Source: an uncultured Acidimicrobiales bacterium (GTDB taxonomy: Bacteria > Actinomycetota > Acidimicrobiia > Acidimicrobiales > Ilumatobacteraceae). Taken from it: a stretch of 64,000 nt of DNA. The notes beneath the pieces are model-generated. The model was not told where the DNA came from. It ran no database searches and worked only from the letters and a program-made list of their open reading frames with translations. The DNA is taken from NCBI GenBank assembly GCA_963791625.1, contig CAWBTA010000005.1, positions 138,508 through 202,507 of the forward strand, read 5' to 3'. Positions 1 through 9,249 of this stretch are shown here, piece by piece; within the stretch, counting starts at the first letter, position 1; every line of letters starts with the position of its first letter. The translations under genes and the position numbers were made by a program.

Positions 1-418
1 GGGGCGTCGTGGCTCGTTTCAGCGCCCGAATGGCTTTGTTCATAGCGGTCAGATCGGTCTTGGTGCAGCGCACCGCGGCGAGACGGGCGACCTCACACTC
101 GACCGCTATGCGGTAGTCGACGATGTCGTCGAGCTCGCTGAGATCGCGCCGCATCTGATCCATCCACTGGTTGTAGGGCACGACCAACTCGGTGACGAAC
201 CGACCGCCGGTGGCACCCCTTCGAGCGACGATGTAACCGTCTTCCTCCAAGAGGGCGAGCGCCTCACGCACACGCAACCGCCCGACTCCGAGCTGTTCGG
301 CCAGCAGCCGTTCGGGTGGCAACTGATCCCCTGGGCCAAGCTCGCCGCGGTGAATTCGTGCCCGCACGCCATCGGCGATGGCACGAGCGGTAGGACCGGA
401 AGGAACAAGCGACGCCAC
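1..418 (-). CDS. GntR-family (FadR/FCD-type) transcriptional regulator, 3' end beyond window start. The annotated ORF 106..441 is in the wrong frame.
   Basis: Manual minus-strand translation gives ...ARAIADGVRARIHRGELGPGDQLPPERLLAEQLGVGRLRVREALALLEEDGYIVARRGATGGRFV..., the GntR wHTH signature, followed by the start of an FCD domain. Transcribed divergently from the ABC transporter. Confidence 0.6.
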   Translation of the reverse strand, partial: MASLVPSGPTARAIADGVRARIHRGELGPGDQLPPERLLAEQLGVGRLRVREALALLEEDGYIVARRGATGGRFVTELVVPYNQWMDQMRRDLSELDDIVDYRIAVECEVARLAAVRCTKTDLTAMNKAIRALKRATTP

Positions 419-664
419 GCCATCCAGTGTGCCACCGCCACACGCTGGGGTGAGGTCTGCGGTCGAAGCGGTCCGGTAGGCAGATCCTTGGCCGGAGATA
501 CGCCTGCTGCATGCCCTCAGTGTGGGCCCCTCCCCGACGCCGCGGCAAGGACACATCGCCCACCGTTCCCGCCACACGATTCCGAAACTCAGGCTAACCG
601 GTTCACAGGAGCAATGATGTGCGACTAGAAGCTCCGGCGGTCGGGCTGAGTAGCGTGGCCGATC

Positions 665-1573
665 GTGGCTGCTGTTGAGGTACAAGACCTGGTGATGCGA
701 TACGGCGATGTAACGGCGGTCGAAGGCGTTTCGTTCACGGCTCAGTCCGGTCAGGTTACGGCCGTGCTCGGTCCGAACGGGGCGGGGAAGACGTCAACCA
801 TCGAAGCGTTGGAGGGGTACCGCCGGCCGACCAGTGGGAGCGTACGAGTCGCAGGGCTCGACCCGATCGCGCAGCACGACGAACTGGTGAACCGCATGGG
901 CGTCATGCTTCAGGACGGCGGCATCTACCCCTCGATCCGGGCCGGCGAGGCGGTGGAGTTGTTCTGCGCCTACCACGGCAACGTCAACGCACCGACCGAA
1001 CTCATCGAGCGAGTCGGTTTGGGCGACCGCCAGAAACGCACCTGGAAGCAGATGTCCGGCGGTGAACAGCAACGGCTGAAACTTGCGCTGGCCTTGGCCG
1101 GAAAACCCGAGGTCGTCTTTCTGGATGAGCCGACCGCCGGCGTGGACGCCGAGGGACGCATCGTCATCCGAAATGTCATTCGAACGCTGGCGGCCAAAGG
1201 CGTGGCGGTGGTTCTCACCACACACGAACTAGGCGAGGCGGAACGGCTCGCCGATCACGTCGTCATCCTGGACCGGGGCCGACGGGTGGCCGCTGGAACC
1301 CTTGCTGAGCTACGAGGCCAAGGCGGACCAGTAGAGATCCGTTTCGCCGCCGCCGCCGGGCTCGACGTTGGCTCGCTCGGCACCCATCTTGGTGCCACAG
1401 CCAGTGAACCGACGCCCGGCGAATATGTGGTCGACGCGGCACCCAGCCCCGACAATGTGGCCCGCCTCACCGGGTGGCTGGCGGAACGGAACCTGCCGCT
1501 CGCCGACCTGCGTGCCGGACGACAAAGCCTCGAAGATGTCTTTCTTCGCCTCACCGGGAACGGTGACGCATGA
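665..1573 (+). CDS. ABC transporter ATP-binding protein (ABC-2/DrrA-like)
   Basis: Walker A GPNGAGKTS, signature LSGGEQQRL, Walker B VVFLDEPTAGVD; GTG start. Confidence 0.9.
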   Translation: MAAVEVQDLVMRYGDVTAVEGVSFTAQSGQVTAVLGPNGAGKTSTIEALEGYRRPTSGSVRVAGLDPIAQHDELVNRMGVMLQDGGIYPSIRAGEAVELFCAYHGNVNAPTELIERVGLGDRQKRTWKQMSGGEQQRLKLALALAGKPEVVFLDEPTAGVDAEGRIVIRNVIRTLAAKGVAVVLTTHELGEAERLADHVVILDRGRRVAAGTLAELRGQGGPVEIRFAAAAGLDVGSLGTHLGATASEPTPGEYVVDAAPSPDNVARLTGWLAERNLPLADLRAGRQSLEDVFLRLTGNGDA

Positions 1574-2289
1574 ACGCCTTCACCGCCCAGGTGAAAGCCG
1601 AGACCCGCCTGCTTTTCCGCAACGGGGAGCAGTTGCTGCTCACACTCGGCATCCCGGTTGTGCTGCTCGTGTTCTTCTCCAGCGTCAGCATCGTCGACCT
1701 CGGAGCGGGCAAGCGAGTGCAGACGGTCGTCCCGGGCATTCTCGCCCTCGCCGTGATGTCTACGGCCATGGTCGGGTTAGGCATCGCCACCGGCTTCGAG
1801 CGCAAGTACGGCGTGCTCAAGCTGTTGGGAGCAACACCGCTTGGTCGTCCACGATTGCTGGCAGCCAAGGCCGCAACCATTGCGATCGTGGAAGTGGTGC
1901 AATTCGTTGTACTTGCAACTATTGGCTACGCACTCGGTTGGCGGCCGAGTTTGTCCATCGCTCTCGTGCTGGCCGCCGTGCTGCTCGGTACCGCGTGTTT
2001 CGCCGGCATCGGGCTCACGATGGCCGGACGACTGAAGGGTGAGGTCAACCTCGCCGCGGTGAACGGGCTCTATCTGTTGCTGTTGTTGTTCGGCGGGATG
2101 GTGGTGCCGCTCGACAAACTGCCCGGGCCGCTTCGAGCGGTCGGTCGTGTCCTGCCGTCCGGTGCGCTCAGCGAGGCAATGCGCCAAGCCGCTGGCGAAC
2201 TGGCCCGCACGTCACGACCGTGGATCATCCTGGTCGTATGGGCGTCCGTCGCGTGCACCGCTGCGGCCCGCCTCTTCCGCTGGGAATAG
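1570..2289 (+). CDS. ABC-2 family transporter permease
   Basis: Six predicted TM helices; start overlaps the ATPase stop (ATGA), indicating translational coupling. Confidence 0.8.
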   Translation: MNAFTAQVKAETRLLFRNGEQLLLTLGIPVVLLVFFSSVSIVDLGAGKRVQTVVPGILALAVMSTAMVGLGIATGFERKYGVLKLLGATPLGRPRLLAAKAATIAIVEVVQFVVLATIGYALGWRPSLSIALVLAAVLLGTACFAGIGLTMAGRLKGEVNLAAVNGLYLLLLLFGGMVVPLDKLPGPLRAVGRVLPSGALSEAMRQAAGELARTSRPWIILVVWASVACTAAARLFRWE

Positions 2290-2291
2290 CC

Positions 2292-3962
2292 TCAGCGAAC
2301 CACTTCGGTCAATTCGGCGTGGACGACGAGGCGTTGCTCGGTGGAGCCGATCGGATGGCACGCGATCAGGTTCATGTTGGCGGTGCCGTTGTCGACTAGG
2401 CCAAGGACATCCTCGGGTGCCACCACCCGACTACCGGTCACGCGGTAGGTCCAACTGATGCCGTCGTCGCTGACCGTGATGGCATCCCCCGCACGCAGCT
2501 CGCCTATCCGCAGGAAAGGTGCGCCGTGGGACGTTCGATGCCCCAGGATGTTCATGGTGCCCAACTCTCCGGGCATCGATGACAAGGACCAGTGCATGGG
2601 GCTGATGTCGAGTGTGTCGTCACTGAGACCATCGCCGAGCGGAGCATCGACACCAATGGCGCCGATGACCACCCGGCCGCTTACCGCGGGCAGGACATTG
2701 TTGACGGGCTTCAGCACGACGGGTGCTGGCGCTCCGGTGAACCAACCACTCACATCGGCCAGAAGATGCATCGGTTGCGAGGTGTACAGACTCACCCCGC
2801 GGAACGAGACCGGCGTGATCACATGGTTGGCGACCGTCTGGCGGCGGTAGCTGGCGTTGACGGTGGACGCCGTTGGCTTGGCCGAACCGGCAGCCCACAC
2901 CGACACGAACCCGGGGCCCTCTGCGTCAACCAGGGTGGTCGTCATGACCACCGCAGAAGCCCGTGTCGCAAGGCCACCGGTGTAGAGAACGGGTACGTCG
3001 ATCGTCCAGTCCTTGCGGGGCTTTAGTCGGTCCTCCACGGGGTTCAAAAGGCCGGCGGCGCGGGTATCGAGCAGGCGAGTGGGCGTGACGGGCACGAACA
3101 GGCCATCGCCAGAGGCGGGAGCGTCGTCGCCGGTGAAGTAGCCGTCGACATCAACGATGACATCCCCACCCGACTGACTGAACACATTGACGGCGCCCTC
3201 ACGCATCGGCACGATCACCTGATTGGCCACCGTGTCGCCCGAGCTTGCGACGTTCAGGTTCGAGGTGTTCGGTCGCTCACCCCCCGCCGCCCAAACGGTG
3301 AAGAACCCCGCCGCCGGTGTGGTGGTGACCGTGAGGTTGAGCACGACGGCGGCAGCCGATCGCGGAACGACGGCCGTCAGGTCGACCATCCGACGGTCGC
3401 CCGCCATGAAAGGGGTGCGACTGCTTCGCGTGTCAAACGCGTGGGTTGGTGCCAGCGGCACTAGGCGGCCAGCGGTGGCCAGGGTCGCAGCCTGGTAGAC
3501 GCCGAAGACATCAACGACAAGATCGGTGGAAACGGATGCGTAGACGGCGAAGCGGCCATCCCCATCAATGGGAACGGTGGCCAGGTTGGCAACAGTCTGG
3601 TCGGCCCGGCTGACGTTGAGGTTCGAACTCTGCGGACGATTGCGGTCGGCGGGATAGGCCGTCAGGAAGCCGGGTCCGTCGGGGTGCACGGCCGTCAGGT
3701 TCACGACCACGGCGGTAGCGCCGGTGGCCACGGACGGGTCCAGGGAGAAGACCATCGTCTTGTCAGCCGCAACTCGTTCGCCAGCAGAACGGGAATCAAA
3801 CAGCCTGGTGGGGGCCAGCGGAACAAAGCGCGACGTTGCCGAAGCCGGCGCTGCCACCGCTGGCTGAGAGGGACTCAGGACACCACCGAGCGAGACAGAA
3901 AGAACAGCAAGTGCGGTTCCGAACGGACAGGTTTTGCGAGCGAATCGGCCGGGCTTGAGCAC
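2292..3962 (-). CDS. Secreted protein: signal peptide, three tandem ~95-aa beta-rich repeats, and a C-terminal sortase catalytic domain
   Basis: N-terminal signal-like hydrophobic segment. Repeats begin F/LVPLxPTRLxDTRS and contain VxNLTV...GFxTxY/W...SNLN. The C-terminus has sortase motifs: ILGHRTSHGAPFLRIGELRAGDAITV (His/TxxxG), NLIACHP (TLxTC-type Cys), and Arg in RLVVHAEL. Confidence 0.7.
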   Translation of the reverse strand: MLKPGRFARKTCPFGTALAVLSVSLGGVLSPSQPAVAAPASATSRFVPLAPTRLFDSRSAGERVAADKTMVFSLDPSVATGATAVVVNLTAVHPDGPGFLTAYPADRNRPQSSNLNVSRADQTVANLATVPIDGDGRFAVYASVSTDLVVDVFGVYQAATLATAGRLVPLAPTHAFDTRSSRTPFMAGDRRMVDLTAVVPRSAAAVVLNLTVTTTPAAGFFTVWAAGGERPNTSNLNVASSGDTVANQVIVPMREGAVNVFSQSGGDVIVDVDGYFTGDDAPASGDGLFVPVTPTRLLDTRAAGLLNPVEDRLKPRKDWTIDVPVLYTGGLATRASAVVMTTTLVDAEGPGFVSVWAAGSAKPTASTVNASYRRQTVANHVITPVSFRGVSLYTSQPMHLLADVSGWFTGAPAPVVLKPVNNVLPAVSGRVVIGAIGVDAPLGDGLSDDTLDISPMHWSLSSMPGELGTMNILGHRTSHGAPFLRIGELRAGDAITVSDDGISWTYRVTGSRVVAPEDVLGLVDNGTANMNLIACHPIGSTEQRLVVHAELTEVVR

Positions 3963-4068
3963 GACGCCCAGCCTTGCCGTGCGTCATCTTGATGGAATCT
4001 AGGAGGATTCAGCGGGTGGTGTTGGTTCCATAAGGAAAGGGTCTCGGCCAGCACCGACGGTGAGAAAA

Positions 4069-4992
4069 TTAGCTCGAATGACTCTCGACTGCCGCTTCCG
4101 ACTGCGAGAATGCGTCGGCCACCTCACCATACGTGAGTTGTTGGGAGGCGAGTGGCACGACGTCTTCCAGCTTGCGGAATGCATGGTCGCCTTCGGAGCT
4201 GGGCATGAAGCGCTTGAAAAACAACCGGGCGATCAGGACCCACAAGAAGGCCGAGCCACCGACCTTCATGATGACGCCCGCGGTTTGCTGATCATTGGCC
4301 ACCGTCATACCGAAAGCCCGGATCGGATGGTCGTAGATCTTGTAGACGGCACGTTCGGCAAAGGTGAGCCATGCGGCTGGAACGGTCGGCACGACCGACA
4401 TGGCGAACAGGTACAGCATTTGGGCACCGGGACCACGGCGGAACTCGGGGATAGGGCCGCACAGGGGCATCCACATCATCAGCGAGGTGAAGACCAGCAC
4501 AAAATGCAAGAAGTAGTGCAGCACTCCGTTGGTGCTGGACAGGTTCACGATGTACGGAATGTGGGTCACCATGAGCCATCCGTTGAACGCCACACCGGCA
4601 ACTACCGGGCTGCTCATCGTGCGGATGCTGCGGTGCACCTTGCCGTCGCCGATAAGCAGGCGAGCCATCCATGTAGGCGTTGCGAGGAGCATGAGCGGCG
4701 GCACGAAGTACGACATGGCCATGTGCTGCACCATGTGCACGCTGTAGAGGTACTGCTCGGCCAGGTCGTGAACGGGATAGTCGGACACGAGCCACAACAG
4801 GCCGAGACCGCCAATGAAACAGTTGCGCTGGCGAGTCGTGATGGTGGGCGTGCCAGCCGGCACCATCTTCGGGCCAATCACACGAACGGTGTAGATGTAC
4901 GCCGCGGCCAGACCCGCAATGAGGAACCACACTTCGGGGTGCGCCCGAAAGTGCCAGATATCCGGGGAGGGGCTCAATTGTGCGGCCAGCAT
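4069..4992 (-). CDS. ctaG: Caa3-type cytochrome c oxidase assembly factor CtaG (Caa3_CtaG family)
   Basis: Polytopic membrane protein; position and similarity match the Bacillus-type CtaG family. Start chosen at internal ATG (MLAAQLSPSP...) preceded by AAGGAAGG; the annotated ORF is longer and overlaps ctaF. Confidence 0.7.
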   Translation of the reverse strand: MLAAQLSPSPDIWHFRAHPEVWFLIAGLAAAYIYTVRVIGPKMVPAGTPTITTRQRNCFIGGLGLLWLVSDYPVHDLAEQYLYSVHMVQHMAMSYFVPPLMLLATPTWMARLLIGDGKVHRSIRTMSSPVVAGVAFNGWLMVTHIPYIVNLSSTNGVLHYFLHFVLVFTSLMMWMPLCGPIPEFRRGPGAQMLYLFAMSVVPTVPAAWLTFAERAVYKIYDHPIRAFGMTVANDQQTAGVIMKVGGSAFLWVLIARLFFKRFMPSSEGDHAFRKLEDVVPLASQQLTYGEVADAFSQSEAAVESHSS

Positions 4993-5006
4993 GACGCCGC
5001 CTTCCT

Positions 5007-5351
5007 TTAGCTCGACCAGAGCTGGAACGTGGTGAGCGCGGCTACGTACACCACGACGGCAAGAATCAGCCCGGACCAGAACAGGCGGCCGAACATCTTG
5101 TCGTCGAACCGGAGGTGCATGAAGAACAACACCACGGTCACGAACTTCACGATCATGATGACAATGAGCAGAACGGTCGGCAGCCACGGGGCGAACGATG
5201 GGTGGATATACGACAGGCCAACTTCGACCGCAGTCATGATGGCCAGATAGACGGCCACCATCACATACTTCTTGTCGGTCCAACTGTGCTCGCCGGCGTG
5301 AGCGTGGGCCTCGACGGCGTGCTCGTTGTGCGCTTCTACTGCTGCGGTCAT
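5007..5351 (-). CDS. ctaF: Cytochrome c oxidase subunit IV, prokaryotic caa3 type (COX4_pro)
   Basis: 114 aa, 3 TM, motif FMHLRFD typical of the family; lies immediately downstream of ctaE. Confidence 0.7.
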   Translation of the reverse strand: MTAAVEAHNEHAVEAHAHAGEHSWTDKKYVMVAVYLAIMTAVEVGLSYIHPSFAPWLPTVLLIVIMIVKFVTVVLFFMHLRFDDKMFGRLFWSGLILAVVVYVAALTTFQLWSS

Positions 5352-5361
5352 GGCATCAACC

Positions 5362-6018
5362 TTAGGACGGGATCAGGTAGACGAGGGTGAAGATAACGAT
5401 CCACACGATGTCGACGAAGTGCCAGTACAGACCAATCAGTTCCACCACTTCAGCCTTACGACCGGGGATCTTGCCGCGCAGCGTCATACCCACGATCGAC
5501 AACAGCATGATGACACCGAGGCTGACGTGCACGCCGTGAAAGCCGGTGAGGGTGAAGAAGCTGGAGCCGAACAGGTTGGTGGTGAACCCGAGGCCCTTCA
5601 GGTAGAACGAGCGGAACTCGAACACCTGAGCGCCAACGAACAACGCTCCGAGAAACGCGGTAGTGCACAGCCAGATGCGCATGCGACGATCGTCGTTGCG
5701 TCCGGCCGCCGTTACCGCGAGCACCATGGTGAGCGAGCTCATCAGTAGCACGAACGACGACACCGAGGTGAACGGAATGTTGTAGAGCTCGTTCGGGTTC
5801 GGGCCTCGCTGCACCCGGCCGCGGTAGAGCATGTACGTGGAGATCAAACCACCGAACAGCAGGCAGTCGGAGCCAAGGAACAACCACATGGCCAGCTTGT
5901 TGTTGGACAAACCCGAGCTGCCGTGGGTGCCATGCTCGGCATGGCCGTCGTCGGCGTGCCCCTGATCGGCGTGATCGTCGCGGCCGTGGTCGGTCACGGT
6001 GTCGAGTACGTCAGACAT
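5362..6018 (-). CDS. ctaE: Cytochrome c oxidase subunit III
   Basis: Cox3 family; C-terminal LYWHFVDIVWIVIFTLVY. Confidence 0.9.
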   Translation of the reverse strand: MSDVLDTVTDHGRDDHADQGHADDGHAEHGTHGSSGLSNNKLAMWLFLGSDCLLFGGLISTYMLYRGRVQRGPNPNELYNIPFTSVSSFVLLMSSLTMVLAVTAAGRNDDRRMRIWLCTTAFLGALFVGAQVFEFRSFYLKGLGFTTNLFGSSFFTLTGFHGVHVSLGVIMLLSIVGMTLRGKIPGRKAEVVELIGLYWHFVDIVWIVIFTLVYLIPS

Positions 6019-7981
6019 GTAGGGCTACCTCGGTTGACGGGCCGGCGGGATTCTCGAAATCGCTGTCATCGGCGGTGGCCGGCTCGATGGCCCAGCCGTA
6101 GGCGGCCATCACGCAGATGGCACCGCCCGCAATGGCGAGGTACGTGCTGAAGATAACTCCAAGCGCAATGATGGGCAGCGAGACCGCCAACACGAGCGGC
6201 CAGTACGACGGCGACGGCATGTGGATGTGCTTGTCGGCGTGGGCGATCTGGTCGGCCAGAATCTCCTCACCCGTGGCAACCTTCACCATATTGCCGTTGG
6301 CATCCTCGGCGTACTTCCGGTGGAAGAACTCGTCCAGATGCGAAACGACCACAATGGAGTCGAAGTTGTGTTCCTTGGGCGGGCTGGTCGTCATCCACTC
6401 ATAGGTACGGGCATCCCACGGATCGAGCGGCGCGGTTCGGGGCTTCTTGCCGGTGATGCCATTGGTCTTGACGACGTTCCAGAGGAAGGTCGCGACCGCA
6501 ATGGCGATGATAAACGAGCCAATGGTTTCGACCAGGTTCCACGGACCAAAGCCGTAGCCGGCCTTGTAGGTATACATGCGGCGGGGCTGACCCTGAAGAC
6601 CGACGATGTGCATGGGCCCGAAGGTGAAATTGGTGCCGATGACCATGAGCCAGAAGTTGATCTTGCCCAACTTCTCATCGAGCATGCGACCAAAGATCTT
6701 GGGCCACCAGTAGTAGAAACCGGAGAACAACCCGAACACCGCGCCACCGAAAAGCACGTAGTGGAAGTGGGCGATGATGTAATACGTGTCGGTCTGCTGC
6801 GTGTCGGACGGGGACACCGCGTGGGTGACACCCGATAGTCCGCCGATGGTGAACTCAACGATGAGGCCGATGGCGAACAGCATGGCGGTGGTGAAGCGCA
6901 GCGTGCCACCCCACAGCGTGCCGACCCAGTTGATGATCTTCACGCCGGTCGGCACCGCGATGAACATGGTGGTGAGTGAGAACACCATCACCGAGATCGG
7001 ACCGAGGCCGGAGGCGAACATGTGGTGAGCCCACACGCCCCAGCCCATGAAGCCGATGGCTGCACCGGAGAACACCACGAACTTGTAACCGAACAGCGGC
7101 TTCTTCGCGAAGACCGGCAGCACTTCGGACACGATGCCGAAGCTGGGCAAGATGAGGATGTAGACCTCGGGGTGCCCGAAGAGCCAGAACAGGTGTTGCC
7201 AGAGCAGTGGGTCGGCACCGGCTTTCACGTCGAAGAACGTGGCCCCGAACCGACGTTGGAAGGTGAGGAGGAACAAAGCGACGGTGATGACCGGAATGGC
7301 GAACACCAGCAGGAACTGAACGACCAGGATCATCCAGGTGAACACCGGCATCATCATCATCTTCATGCCGGGCGCCCGCATGTTGAGGATGGTGACAATG
7401 AGGTTGATGGAACCGGTGAGGGAGGCGATACCGGTGATCTGGAGAGCGAGCGCCCAGAAGTCCATACCGTGGCTTGGCGAGAAGATGGGGCCGGTGTTGG
7501 GGGCGTAGGCGAACCAGCCACCGTCAGGCAATCCGCCGAGCAGCGGTGACAAATACAGGAAGATGCCACCGGACAGGAAGCACCAGAATCCGAAGGCATT
7601 CATGCGGGGGAATGCAACGTCTCGGGCACCAATCTGCAGTGGCACGAAGTAGTTGGCGAATGCGGCCGCCATCGGCATCACGAAGAGGAACACCATGGTT
7701 GTGCCGTGGGTGGTGAACAGCTCGTTGTAGAGCTGCGCGTTCACGAACTTGCCGTTGGGCTGTGCCAACTGAATGCGGATCAGGAGGGCCTCGATGCCAC
7801 CCACAAGGAAGAAGAACATGGCGGCTGCGCCGTACATGATGCCGAGCTTCTTGTGGTCGACGGTGAAGAGCCAGCTCTTCCAGCCCTTGGTTTGCACCGG
7901 GCGATGGAAGTTGCCAGCGGCCTGCTTGGGCGACACGAAGGAGGCGGGCGCCAGTTCTCGGGGACGTTCAATGATTGCCAT
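6011..7981 (-). CDS. ctaD: Cytochrome c oxidase subunit I with a C-terminal extension resembling the actinobacterial subunit IV TM hairpin
   Basis: All canonical ligands present (TTHGT, GHPEVY, WAHHMF, HFHYV). The ~80-aa C-terminal extension (SPSYWPLVLAVSLPIIALG...) resembles actinobacterial CtaF. Confidence 0.95.
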   Translation of the reverse strand: MAIIERPRELAPASFVSPKQAAGNFHRPVQTKGWKSWLFTVDHKKLGIMYGAAAMFFFLVGGIEALLIRIQLAQPNGKFVNAQLYNELFTTHGTTMVFLFVMPMAAAFANYFVPLQIGARDVAFPRMNAFGFWCFLSGGIFLYLSPLLGGLPDGGWFAYAPNTGPIFSPSHGMDFWALALQITGIASLTGSINLIVTILNMRAPGMKMMMMPVFTWMILVVQFLLVFAIPVITVALFLLTFQRRFGATFFDVKAGADPLLWQHLFWLFGHPEVYILILPSFGIVSEVLPVFAKKPLFGYKFVVFSGAAIGFMGWGVWAHHMFASGLGPISVMVFSLTTMFIAVPTGVKIINWVGTLWGGTLRFTTAMLFAIGLIVEFTIGGLSGVTHAVSPSDTQQTDTYYIIAHFHYVLFGGAVFGLFSGFYYWWPKIFGRMLDEKLGKINFWLMVIGTNFTFGPMHIVGLQGQPRRMYTYKAGYGFGPWNLVETIGSFIIAIAVATFLWNVVKTNGITGKKPRTAPLDPWDARTYEWMTTSPPKEHNFDSIVVVSHLDEFFHRKYAEDANGNMVKVATGEEILADQIAHADKHIHMPSPSYWPLVLAVSLPIIALGVIFSTYLAIAGGAICVMAAYGWAIEPATADDSDFENPAGPSTEVALHV

Positions 7982-7992
7982 GGTTGCCGCTC

Positions 7993-9249
7993 CTACTTCA
8001 ACGTCGTCAGGTAGGCGACCAGCTCATCAATCTGCGCCTCGGAGAGGTTGAGATTGGGCATGCCGCGGTAGAGCTTGTCTTTGTTCTGAATCGAGTACAT
8101 CGGTTTCACGGCCGGTGCGTTGCGCAGCCAGGCCTCAAGATCGGCCCGGTTGAGGCAACCATCAGGTGTCCCGGTGGGAAGACCAGCGGTTTTCGGAGCC
8201 GTCTTGGCGTCGCACGCCTCGCTGCGCAGACTGAGGTCGAACATCCCGCCGGCGAACACTGAACGGCTCATGAGGTGGGTGAGGTTCGGAGCGGCGCCGG
8301 AGACGAGCTGCTCGTCGGCCTTCGAGTTCTGCGGTTCGCCCTTGTCATCAACAAGACCGCCCACCTGATGGCAGCGAGCGCACTGGCTGATAAAGGTGGC
8401 CTCACCCTTCGATTCGAGCGTTTCGGCTGTCGGCTTCACGGCGGGCTTGAGCTGGTTGGCAACCCAGGTGGCGAAATCGGCTTCGGAAAGAGCCACCACA
8501 CGCTGACGCATGTTGGCGTGGGAGAGCCCGCAGAACTCGGTGCACTGACCCTCGTAAATGCCGGGCTCACTGGCTTCCATGTTCAGCGGTTGCACGCGGT
8601 TCGGAACGGCGTCACGCTTGCCGTTCAGCTTCGGGATCCAAAACGAGTGGATGACGTCTCGGGAGGTGACGCTGAGGCGCACCTTCTTACCGACGGGGAT
8701 GACCAGTTCGGTGGCGGTGACGATGCCTTCCATGCCTGGCGACTTGTACTGGAACTCCCACCACCACTGCTGACCAATGACGGTGACTTCGAACGCAGTA
8801 TCCTTCGGGCGGTTCGAGATGTCGAAGAGCGTGTTGACGGTTGGCACCGCAACAACAAGCAGGATGGCCGCGGACAGCGCTGTCAGGCTGATTTCGACCT
8901 TGGGGTTACCGTGGGACTGATGCGGAATCGAGTCGTGGCCCGGCCGCTCGCGGAACTTCCAGATGCAGTACACCACGGCGGCCATAACGATGAGACCAAC
9001 CACACCGGCCACTATGAAGATCGGCTCCTGCAGGTTGTCGATGCTGCGGGCGTACTTTCCGCTGGGCTCCCAGGTGTCCTGTGGCGCGTTCGTGGCGCAG
9101 CCGGTGAGGGCGAGCACGAGCCCGCCAAGCACGACCGCTGCGCTCCGCCGGGATGTACGGGCAACGGATGAGATCTCGTTTTCCACATTTCTCACAGTAG
9201 TCATGGTGTGCGAATCAGCCGCAGTTGGGATGTGGGTCGTGCGTCTCAT
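7993..9249 (-). CDS. ctaC: Cytochrome c oxidase subunit II fused to a cytochrome c domain (caa3-type CtaC)
   Basis: CuA centre CTEFCGLSHANM, heme c motif CARCH, lipoprotein-like signal with Cys; start may be 9204 instead. Confidence 0.9.
   Translation of the reverse strand: MRRTTHIPTAADSHTMTTVRNVENEISSVARTSRRSAAVVLGGLVLALTGCATNAPQDTWEPSGKYARSIDNLQEPIFIVAGVVGLIVMAAVVYCIWKFRERPGHDSIPHQSHGNPKVEISLTALSAAILLVVAVPTVNTLFDISNRPKDTAFEVTVIGQQWWWEFQYKSPGMEGIVTATELVIPVGKKVRLSVTSRDVIHSFWIPKLNGKRDAVPNRVQPLNMEASEPGIYEGQCTEFCGLSHANMRQRVVALSEADFATWVANQLKPAVKPTAETLESKGEATFISQCARCHQVGGLVDDKGEPQNSKADEQLVSGAAPNLTHLMSRSVFAGGMFDLSLRSEACDAKTAPKTAGLPTGTPDGCLNRADLEAWLRNAPAVKPMYSIQNKDKLYRGMPNLNLSEAQIDELVAYLTTLK

Noticed and set aside
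106-441. Annotated 111-aa minus-strand ORF
   Set aside because: Composition is unlike a protein; a different minus frame over the same DNA encodes a clean GntR/FCD regulator.
4060-5010. 316-aa plus-strand ORF
   Set aside because: Antisense shadow of ctaG/ctaF; His/Arg-rich low-complexity translation typical of GC-rich antisense frames.
8275-9171. 298-aa plus-strand ORF
   Set aside because: Antisense to ctaC.
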